Notes under the pieces: generated by a model
Told to the model about the DNA's origin: nothing
Databases searched by the model: none
The model's input: only the letters and a program-made list of their open reading frames with translations
Shown: positions 56,202 through 62,885 of the stretch, in pieces
Position numbering within the stretch: position 1 is the stretch's first letter
Layout of the letters: every line of letters begins with the position of its first letter
Translations under genes and position numbers: made by a program
Source of the DNA: a virus
Length of the DNA: 64,000 nucleotides
Direction: 5' to 3' (one strand)
Virus record (IMG/VR): IMGVR_UViG_3300045988_065571

Positions 56202-56618
56202 ATGAAAAGAATGAAAACTTTATCACAAATCACAATCAGTCAGAATGATAATCAAATACTAACCTGCAAAGTATACAAAGAGCCCAACTATATATTATCT
56301 ATGTCCAATGAAGAAATATTAGAACTCATCTCTGGACTAGACTATATAGGTAACCTACCAACGGTACCAGACCTAGAGAAACCAATTGAGATCCAAATCA
56401 CAACTACAAGAGAAATACCCTTAGAACAAAACAAAGAAGTCCAAACCAAAATCAAAGAGATAATATACAATAACCTCTATGATACTCTAGTAAATGAACT
56501 AAAGAATACCATCTCTAGGTTCCAAACCGAGTATCACATCCAAGAGATAAACCCATACCTAGACGATATAATTCAGAACCCAGAAGACCTAGTACCTCAT
56601 AGAACAAAACAAAGATAA
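56202..56618 (+). CDS. hypothetical protein
   Basis: 138-aa ORF, last gene before the long non-coding region. Confidence 0.6.
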   Translation: MKRMKTLSQITISQNDNQILTCKVYKEPNYILSMSNEEILELISGLDYIGNLPTVPDLEKPIEIQITTTREIPLEQNKEVQTKIKEIIYNNLYDTLVNELKNTISRFQTEYHIQEINPYLDDIIQNPEDLVPHRTKQR

Positions 56619-56627
56619 ATAAAAAGA

Positions 56628-56660
56628 ATACCTAGAGCCAAGAACACTCTAGGTATTTCT
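56628..56660 (+). terminator. hairpin terminator closing the early array
   Basis: 10-bp stem ATACCTAGAG/CTCTAGGTAT, 9-nt loop, then TTCT. Confidence 0.55.
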
Positions 56661-56860
56661 GTGTACACAAACCAAGTATATAAATCCTAACCCACCTCCC
56701 AAAACAAAAACAAATATAAATAAACCTAATACTAAGGTATACAATTAACCTCATATACACAATCTGAATATACAGATATCACTAACTAAGATACATACAC
56801 ATTACCTAATCACAATCAATATATAATAATACATATAACTAATACTAATTTACTTTTCTT
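56661..56860 (+). other. G-depleted A/C/T tract (non-coding)
   Basis: By my count only about 6 G in about 190 nt (56671-56860) on the + strand. No ORF of 60 aa or more on either strand. Confidence 0.6.
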
Positions 56861-56989
56861 AGGTTCTTGGTTTATTCCTTTTCTGTGTACCGACGGGGGT
56901 TTTTCGAAAATGTCGGGAACATACCCATTTGGCTTCTCTCACTATATCAAACACTATAGCTCTCAAAATTTAAAGTACTAAATCCTTGA

Positions 56990-57420
56990 GGCCCCAAAGG
57001 CCATTTTAGGCAATAAAATCACCAATCCTGGCCCCTAAATCACAGAAAAGCAAAAAGTACACTCTGGCAATAGTTTTTGAGATACGTATATGAGCCTTTT
57101 TGACACGTAGCTATTTTAGTAACGCCTATATATAATATACTAATATGGGTGGGATTTAGATACGTATGTATTTTAGCTTCACACGTGTAATTGAAAAGTG
57201 TTCTGTTTGGCTAGTTTGTGTAATCTAGGATTTAGGTTGTGATTTTGTGTACCTAGACTCGGATTTTAATTGCCAAGAGGCTAGGATTTATATTAAAATT
57301 GTGTACCTAGAGGGGCCATTTTAGGCTCGGATTTAATAAAACTGGGTACACAATTTATGCCATAAATGGCCTCGGATTTAATAAATTTCTAGGCAATCAA
57401 GGAGCCAATTTTAATTGCCA
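56990..57420. repeat. cluster of short dispersed direct and inverted repeats in ORF-free DNA
   Basis: GGCCATTTTAGGC x2 (56999, 57314). GGCCCC(T)AAA x2 (56990, 57030). TTGTGTACCTAGA x2 (57245, 57299). CTCGGATTTAATAAA x2 (57326, 57371). ATTTTAATTGCCA x2 (57263, 57408). 12-bp inverted repeat AAATTGTGTACC at 57296-57307 / 57345-57356. Confidence 0.8.
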
Positions 57421-57516
57421 TCCTAGTAATATTGTTGTTAATTGCATAAGTATTTATATTATGGTTATTTTAGATAATTCTAGGACATTAGGGGCCTTCG
57501 AAAGGCAAACTGGGAT

Positions 57517-57548
57517 ATTGCATAATTAAAATATTGTTCTTATATTTG
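57517..57548 (+). promoter_or_regulatory. early promoter P57
   Basis: ATTGCAT (57517-57523), 20-nt spacer, -7 TATATTTG 57541-57548. The 26-nt block is identical to P48. Confidence 0.7.
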
Positions 57549-57589
57549 CATCAGATAATTAATTTAATAACTAATTAAAATTTTAGATT

Positions 57590-57985
57590 ATGGAAACAAC
57601 AATTAAAACTTCATTTAACTTTGCAAAAGAGATTCAATGTAATTTTATTACTAAAAACTCTAACCTTGAACACTCCTATCCTGGAGGCTTACCAGAGTTC
57701 ATTACTCCTTACCTACAGGAGTTACAGGAAAATACCATTATACCTGACCACACTACTTTAATATCAATTACCACAATCGATAATCCAGACCAAGACGGTA
57801 TACATATACTAACTTTCCTTAAAAACGATCCAGAACATTTCGATGACGACGACACTGCAAGCATTACTTGCATCGAATGCTTACGGGACACATTTGCCTA
57901 TGATCCTGAGGCATGCTTTGGCCAAGCCCCAATCATAACAGAGTTCAATAGCTTTTTCACAGTATCAATCCCCTACAATTATTAA
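57590..57985 (+). CDS. hypothetical acidic protein
   Basis: 131-aa ORF. Its 30-nt leader plus start is identical to 31631-31660. Confidence 0.65.
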   Translation: METTIKTSFNFAKEIQCNFITKNSNLEHSYPGGLPEFITPYLQELQENTIIPDHTTLISITTIDNPDQDGIHILTFLKNDPEHFDDDDTASITCIECLRDTFAYDPEACFGQAPIITEFNSFFTVSIPYNY

Positions 57986-57996
57986 ATTACTAACCT

Positions 57997-58016
57997 GGCA
58001 CCCATAACTGGGTGCC
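57997..58016 (+). terminator. short hairpin after 57590 gene
   Basis: GGCACCC/GGGTGCC stem, 6-nt loop, no U-tract. Confidence 0.3.
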
Positions 58017-58033
58017 TACAAATCCTATTACCT

Positions 58034-58312
58034 ATGAACACCGAAGAATTATCAAACCGATTAACACAAATCCTTACAGGTATTACCAGTGGAGAGCCTA
58101 ACCCTAATATTATTCAAGGCTTTGTCCAGAACTTTATCGAAGACTTCAAACCAGATTACTATTACGAAATCTCAGTCACAGACGTAGAAGGTTATAGCCC
58201 TACCTTTATCGAATACTATGCCTGGGACGAAGACGAGGATGGTCCTATACCTGGTATAAAACTTTTCAAAGACTTCAACATATACCTTGAACGAGAGTAT
58301 TGCGAATACTAG
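58034..58312 (+). CDS. hypothetical acidic protein
   Basis: 92-aa ORF. Confidence 0.6.
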   Translation: MNTEELSNRLTQILTGITSGEPNPNIIQGFVQNFIEDFKPDYYYEISVTDVEGYSPTFIEYYAWDEDEDGPIPGIKLFKDFNIYLEREYCEY

Positions 58313-58319
58313 TAATATT

Positions 58320-58350
58320 GCCCAGGCCTAACTAAGGTACCTGGGCTTTT
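58320..58350 (+). terminator. intrinsic terminator
   Basis: GCCCAGG/CCTGGGC stem, 13-nt loop, then TTTT. Confidence 0.65.
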
Positions 58351-58359
58351 CTATGTACA

Positions 58360-58654
58360 TACCTAAGAGGCCATCTATAGACTTCATATAATTACCTAAG
58401 AGGTACTAGAGCTTTACTACACATATACTTACTAGCCTTATATAAGAACCCACTAGGCCTATCTATAGATCTTATAAGGCTTACCTAAGTACGCTAACTA
58501 TCGACCATATATGGCCTTCAGGTAATAGGTATATAATATACAGATATTCTATAGCCACTTAAAAGGCCCTCCGAAAATCCCCTAGAATCTTCTGGCCATG
58601 GGGATTTGAATATAGGATTACCTAGAGGATATAGTAAGGGAACCATAGATGGCC
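58360..58654. repeat. second ORF-poor repeat cluster (TACCTA(A)GAGG and GGCCATCTAT-type motifs)
   Basis: TACCTAAGAGG at 58360 and 58393, TACCTAAG at 58482, TACCTAGAGG at 58619. GGCCATCTATAG at 58369, GGCCTATCTATAG at 58456, inverted CCATAGATGGCC at 58643. Confidence 0.7.
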
Positions 58655-58864
58655 TTAACCTTGTTATCATACAGGTATTATATAGCGGACAACGTGCGGG
58701 CAATTTAGGCCGCCCGGAGGTTAATGGGTGGAAATTTGATAAAAATTTTTGATAATAAATAATGTATGCGCAAATAATAAAATTTTTGAGATATGCAAAT
58801 ATTTTCTGAAAATTATTCTTAAAATAATAAAATTCATTTTTAACAAAAAATTTTCTCGAATTTT

Positions 58865-58895
58865 TTTGTAGATTAAAATAAAGTCCTTATATTTG
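58865..58895 (+). promoter_or_regulatory. host-type promoter in AT-rich island (upstream copy)
   Basis: -33 TTTG 58865-58868, 19-nt spacer, -7 TATATTTG 58888-58895 (TTTGCAAT). Confidence 0.65.
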
Positions 58896-58963
58896 CAATA
58901 CAGAAACAAAGAGAGGTTTAAAATTTAATGAGAAAAATTTTTCAAAAAAAAATCTTTGAAAAT

Positions 58964-58994
58964 TTTGCAAATTAAAATATTATTCTTATCTTTG
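58964..58994 (+). promoter_or_regulatory. host-type promoter in AT-rich island (downstream copy)
   Basis: -33 TTTG 58964-58967, 19-nt spacer, -7 TATCTTTG 58987-58994 (TTTGCAAT). Confidence 0.65.
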
Positions 58995-59099
58995 CAATGT
59001 AATCAAAAAACAAATATTAATCAATCCTTGTTTGAACCGATAAAATCGTTTCAACTCTTTAAGACAAGGATATAAAAAACTTAAAGAGTGCGTAATTTT

Positions 59100-59570
59100 A
59101 TGACACAAGAAAATCTAGTTTCAGTTAATGAAAATGTAAAGGTTGAAAATTCTTCAAAAGAAAAAGTAAACAAAGTAAGTGCTAAAAAAGCTAAAGCACA
59201 AGCAAAAGCAAATAATATTCTTTATAAGGATATTCTAGCTAATTTAAATAAATCTACTGAGGGACTTTTAAAAACTTCTTTTGGTGTCAAAAAATCAGAC
59301 ATTTATAAAGAAGAAATTTTTTTAGAACTTTCAGACAAAGAGAAAAAAGTTGCTCGAAAGAAATTCCGTAATACAATTCTTTCATTGTCCGAAAGTTTGA
59401 CACAAGAAAAGGACAAAACACGATTAGAAAAACTAAAAAAAGCGTTTTTAGATTTTTATAAACAAGTTTACAAAGTAAATGATTTTTCACTTTCTTCAGT
59501 TTGTTCTGAAAATATGAAAGAAACAAACAAAGAAATTTTGAAAAAGGCTTTACAAATTGTAAAAAAATAA
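59100..59570 (+). CDS. lysine-rich helical protein encoded in AT-rich island
   Basis: The ORF track starts at GTG 59088. The first ATG (MTQENL) is at 59100. The codon usage is dominated by AAA/AAT/TTT and differs from the rest of the window. Confidence 0.65.
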   Translation: MTQENLVSVNENVKVENSSKEKVNKVSAKKAKAQAKANNILYKDILANLNKSTEGLLKTSFGVKKSDIYKEEIFLELSDKEKKVARKKFRNTILSLSESLTQEKDKTRLEKLKKAFLDFYKQVYKVNDFSLSSVCSENMKETNKEILKKALQIVKK

Positions 59571-59582
59571 ATTGTTTAATCA

Positions 59583-59608
59583 GAGTAAGGGATTAATTCC
59601 CTTACTCT
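59583..59608 (+). terminator. hairpin terminator (island gene 1)
   Basis: 11-bp stem AGAGTAAGGGA/TCCCTTACTCT, loop TTAA. Confidence 0.5.
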
Positions 59609-59624
59609 CTAAATCAAAGAAATT

Positions 59625-59948
59625 ATGTTACTAGTATTATTTATTGTAGGTTTAAGTTTGATTATATATGGTTTGATTTTAAGTTATTGGACTTTAAAGA
59701 AAAATCACGGATTTATAGTTTATCTAAACAAGGGTCAATATAGAGTATATCTAATTCATCTAAACACTTTAAATTTCTTTGAAATTGAAGCGTTTAAAGA
59801 AACTTCTTTGTTTCGATTTAATTTAAAATCGTGGTTTTATTATTTAATGTATCAATTTGAAAATGAAACCGATTCCACGGATTTATTAAAAATTTTCAAA
59901 AAACAACAAGAAAGGGACAAAGCTAAAATAAAAATATTTAATAAATAA
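59625..59948 (+). CDS. small membrane protein encoded in AT-rich island
   Basis: N-terminal TM MLLVLFIVGLSLIIYGLILSYW. 107 aa. Confidence 0.6.
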   Translation: MLLVLFIVGLSLIIYGLILSYWTLKKNHGFIVYLNKGQYRVYLIHLNTLNFFEIEAFKETSLFRFNLKSWFYYLMYQFENETDSTDLLKIFKKQQERDKAKIKIFNK

Positions 59949-59955
59949 TTTTACT

Positions 59956-59987
59956 AGTAAGGGAATGTTTGTCCCTTACTTTTTTTT
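59956..59987 (+). terminator. intrinsic terminator (island gene 2)
   Basis: 9-bp stem AGTAAGGGA/TCCCTTACT, 7-nt loop, then TTTTTTT. The stem sequence is shared with the terminator at 59583. Confidence 0.8.
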
Positions 59988-60027
59988 ACTTCATTCTAAA
60001 TAAGGGCTACCGTACCCCGTTTTTAGT

Positions 60028-60298
60028 ACCACAACTTTTTACCTCCTCGTATTAAGGGCATTGCCTAGAAAAGCCTTGAACATACTACACAAAAAATTTC
60101 CTACACACACGTTAAGGGCATACCAAGACACAACACACAAAGAAGCCAGAGACCTAATATCCCTGGCATTCATCCTACAAAAGAATATTCAATATTTCCT
60201 TAATCCTATTCTTCCCAATAAGCATTCTACCATTCCTTACTTCATAAAAGAAAACATAATACTTCTGAATCTCAATACACCACAACTTTTTACCTCCT
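60028..60298. repeat. 20-bp direct repeat pair (60028-60047 and 60279-60298)
   Basis: ACCACAACTTTTTACCTCCT occurs twice. The second copy is inside the minus-strand gene (encodes EGGKKLWC). The first is non-coding, with similarity decaying beyond it. Confidence 0.8.
60145..60167 (-). terminator. weak hairpin downstream of the minus-strand cluster
   Basis: GCCAG/CTGGC stem. On the minus strand it is followed by a TTCTTTGTGTG T-rich stretch. Confidence 0.3.
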
Positions 60299-60459
60299 TC
60301 TAATAAAGGTTCTATTCTCATCATATCTCCTGGGTCAATCCAAATCTGATACCAAATACTCTTACCTTCAGAACATCTTAATATTCTCTTTTCACTATCT
60401 TCTCTTAATCTATCAATCCTTACCATACTCTTCCTTAATCCTTTATCTATATTGCTCAT
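60175..60459 (-). CDS. hypothetical protein
   Basis: ATG at 60459 (MSNIDKG) overlaps the upstream stop as ATGA. Preferred over the listed 60492. Confidence 0.55.
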   Translation of the reverse strand: MSNIDKGLRKSMVRIDRLREDSEKRILRCSEGKSIWYQIWIDPGDMMRIEPLLEGGKKLWCIEIQKYYVFFYEVRNGRMLIGKNRIKEILNILL

Positions 60460-60842
60460 GATGCTAATCCATATAAAAATATTATAAACCAAGCCACTAG
60501 GATAAAGGTATAAGGGATTGCATACTTCTTAAAGGGATATCCCTCTATCCCATCATTGAGAGCATATATAAATACTATGGGCCATAGCAATATCATTAAT
60601 GCTACTCCCAGTAACTTAAACCAAGTAAAGCCAAGGCATACCATAGCATCAAAATTCATTGAGCTACCCTTATAATTACCGTGACTATCGAAGTGATAGT
60701 AGTTCTTAGGTTTTAATACTTGCTCAGCTCCCAGGTAGGGTGGTAGGTCCTTTTTAATGAACCTACCCTTGCTATCTCTTGCCCTTTTACTTAGAAGTTT
60801 AGGGGCAGATAAATCTTCGTCATAATCTTTAATTCTAGCCAT
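60456..60842 (-). CDS. membrane protein
   Basis: 128 aa with 3 hydrophobic segments in the C-terminal half (MVCLGFTWFKLLGVALMILLWPIVFIY, IPYTFILVAWFIIFLYGL). Confidence 0.6.
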   Translation of the reverse strand: MARIKDYDEDLSAPKLLSKRARDSKGRFIKKDLPPYLGAEQVLKPKNYYHFDSHGNYKGSSMNFDAMVCLGFTWFKLLGVALMILLWPIVFIYALNDGIEGYPFKKYAIPYTFILVAWFIIFLYGLAS

Positions 60843-61023
60843 TGTTTTTCTTTTTAAAGAATATTAGGTAAATAGGAAATAAAGGTAATACTAACCAGAT
60901 TGTAAGAAATAATAGATGAGGTCTTATCATCCTGATTTCCTGACATAACAGCTTGGTTAGAAATATAGAGGGGATTAGGCATATCCCATAGATTATGCCT
61001 AATATTGTCCAAGTACTATTCAT
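60835..61023 (-). CDS. small two-TM membrane protein
   Basis: 62 aa: WTILGIIYGICLIPSIFL and LLFLTIWLVLPLFPIYLIFF, with a basic end. Confidence 0.55.
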   Translation of the reverse strand: MNSTWTILGIIYGICLIPSIFLTKLLCQEIRMIRPHLLFLTIWLVLPLFPIYLIFFKKKNNG

Positions 61024-61402
61024 TGAGCTTTTCGATTAGTTTTTTAAGTTTCTTATCTAAGGTTATCACTTTCTCAAGGGTTTCATCATCCTTGTGTTTC
61101 CCATTATCATCCAACCATTTTTTGATTGCCTCTAGGGATTTCTTGGATTGGTGATATGCAACAAAGGCATTGTACTTCTGTTCATTCTCTGGAGTACAAG
61201 GTAGGATTATTGCATTACCTTTTCCATCTAATCGAGTAAATTGACCCTCTAGATTTGTTGTTCTAGTGATTATTACCTTATTAGATAATATTGCAGTACC
61301 ATTCTTTTTATCGATAGATACTACGTTTGCCTTTTCCATTAGGGTTTTGTCTTGGTAAATTACCGAATTACCCTCTTTGAGTTTTACTATTTCTTTTTTC
61401 AT
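61016..61402 (-). CDS. hypothetical protein
   Basis: The listed start 61459 is TTG and would span a promoter -7 box. ATG 61402 (MKKEIVKL) is preferred. Confidence 0.55.
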   Translation of the reverse strand: MKKEIVKLKEGNSVIYQDKTLMEKANVVSIDKKNGTAILSNKVIITRTTNLEGQFTRLDGKGNAIILPCTPENEQKYNAFVAYHQSKKSLEAIKKWLDDNGKHKDDETLEKVITLDKKLKKLIEKLNE

Positions 61403-61429
61403 ATAAATAAAGTATTTATTTTTGTTATA

Positions 61430-61460
61430 CAAATATACTATTTTATTTTTAAATATCAAT
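61430..61460 (-). promoter_or_regulatory. internal promoter of the minus-strand cluster
   Basis: On the minus strand: ATTG (61460-61457), 19-nt spacer, TATATTTG (plus-strand CAAATATA 61430-61437), 27 nt upstream of ATG 61402. Confidence 0.5.
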
Positions 61461-61824
61461 CATTATTAAATAAATTCTGCAAATCTTCTGAGGTTATACC
61501 ATGCTGACGATAGTAGTCGTATTCCCAAGGATTTAGAGGTTTGCAATTGACTGGGTATTCGTCCCTTAATTCGAAAGGCAAATAGCCAAGAAATTCTATA
61601 CTGTTGAAATACTGTACCTTACCATCAGTAAATAAGAAATATTTCAGAGGTCTATCGATTGCCTTACCGAAACTACTTCCTATTAATCTGATATCCTTGT
61701 TGGCAATGTAAACATGATACTTATCAGTTATCAAATATACCTGGGTATTCCAGGGTTTCTTCGATTCATCTAGGGTTTTCCTAAACCAATCAATCATAAT
61801 CTGTTGTTTCTTTCCCATATCCAT
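61456..61824 (-). CDS. hypothetical protein
   Basis: 122-aa ORF, first gene of the minus-strand cluster, divergent from the endolysin gene. Confidence 0.6.
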   Translation of the reverse strand: MDMGKKQQIMIDWFRKTLDESKKPWNTQVYLITDKYHVYIANKDIRLIGSSFGKAIDRPLKYFLFTDGKVQYFNSIEFLGYLPFELRDEYPVNCKPLNPWEYDYYRQHGITSEDLQNLFNND

Positions 61825-61929
61825 AATTAAATTATTTATTCATTGATAAATAGAACTCGATATACCCACCTAAGAAAGGCTACAAGCAATACTTTACCAT
61901 CTTTAATGTAAACTCTAAGAATTTATATT

Positions 61930-62538
61930 ATGGATAAACTTACTAACGAATTAATTGCCAAGGTTGCAAACAAGTTAAACCTTGAACCAGCTCTGTTAAA
62001 GACAGTAACTGTAGTAGAATGTGGTAATCGAGACGGATTTTTACCCTCTGGTAGACCTCAGATTCTCTTCGAGGGTCATGTAATGTGGAAATATTTGAAG
62101 ATAAAACTCGATGGAGAAGGTAAAAGAACCTATTTATATGACCTAGCCAAGAGAAATCCATCCTTAGTTTATCAGAAATGGACCAAAGAATTCTACTTAG
62201 GAGGTGAAGGAGAGTGGAAAAGACTCGAAGCAGCTCGTAAAATTGATGAAAACTGTGCTAATTTATCCACTTCTTGGGGATTGGGACAGATTATGGGCTT
62301 CAATTATCAGCTTTGTGGATGTCAATCAGTAGATGAAATGATCAAAAAGATGTCTGAATCTCATGAAATGCAGCTAGAAATGATGTATCATTTCCTCTAT
62401 AACTCTGGTTTAGTGAAGCATTTGAAGGCAAAAGACTGGGATGCTTTCGCTAAAGGATACAATGGTCCTGGTTACAAAGACAATAACTACGACCAAAAGC
62501 TGAGAAATACCTACGAAAACTTCAAAGATAAGCTATGA
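61930..62538 (+). CDS. endolysin, N-acetylmuramidase family
   Basis: LKTVTVVECGNRDGF...PQILFEGHV..., STSWGLGQIMGFNY, EMQLEMM, KDWDAFAKGYNGPGYKDNNYDQKL match the muramidase (DUF3380-type) family pattern. Confidence 0.85.
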   Translation: MDKLTNELIAKVANKLNLEPALLKTVTVVECGNRDGFLPSGRPQILFEGHVMWKYLKIKLDGEGKRTYLYDLAKRNPSLVYQKWTKEFYLGGEGEWKRLEAARKIDENCANLSTSWGLGQIMGFNYQLCGCQSVDEMIKKMSESHEMQLEMMYHFLYNSGLVKHLKAKDWDAFAKGYNGPGYKDNNYDQKLRNTYENFKDKL

Positions 62539-62885
62539 AAATAATTTATAACAACCTAATACCTTTCAAAGGGTACAAAGCCATCAACCTTTTTGGGTTA
62601 GTATTTGTAAGAAAAGGGGCTAAATTTACCGAAGTAGATTATAACCATGAACACATCCATTCAAAGCAAATGGCCGAAATGTTAGGGATATTTTTCTACC
62701 TTTGGTACGGAATCGAGTATTTAATCATCCTTTGTTTTGCTAAATGGAACAAGCAGAATGAAAGATATCATGATGTAAGCTTTGAAGAAGAAGCCCATAA
62801 TAATGATTCGAATCTAAGCTATCTGGAAAACCGTAAGCCTTATGCTTGGTTCAAGTACATAAAATTGAGAAGTTACAAGAAATGA
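62535..62885 (+). CDS. small membrane protein with HExxH motif
   Basis: NHEHIHSKQ, then TM GIFFYLWYGIEYLIILCF. Translationally coupled to the endolysin (ATGA) and to the next gene (ATGA). Confidence 0.45.
   Translation: MKIIYNNLIPFKGYKAINLFGLVFVRKGAKFTEVDYNHEHIHSKQMAEMLGIFFYLWYGIEYLIILCFAKWNKQNERYHDVSFEEEAHNNDSNLSYLENRKPYAWFKYIKLRSYKK

Noticed and set aside
56860-57000. Possible tRNA or small structured RNA gene in the long non-coding regions (for example the CCGAC...GTCGG hairpin at about 56890-56916)
   Set aside because: I could not draw a cloverleaf, and there are no T-loop GTTCRA or D-loop signatures. A tRNA scan would be needed to exclude it fully.
57245-57420. Possible CRISPR array, because several 13-17-nt words recur
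   Set aside because: The repeats belong to several different families, are irregularly spaced, are each present only 2-3 times, and have no uniform repeat-spacer periodicity. No cas genes are present.
58518-58909. Minus-strand ORFs 58518..58703 (61 aa) and 58721..58909 (62 aa) in the non-coding repeat and promoter region
   Set aside because: No start context or promoter on that strand. One spans the repeat field and the other spans the island promoter DNA. Both compositions look non-protein-like.
60061-60303. 80-aa + strand ORF with a TTG start overlapping the 3' end of the minus-strand gene
   Set aside because: It has a non-ATG start, overlaps a better-supported convergent gene and its terminator region, and has an odd composition.
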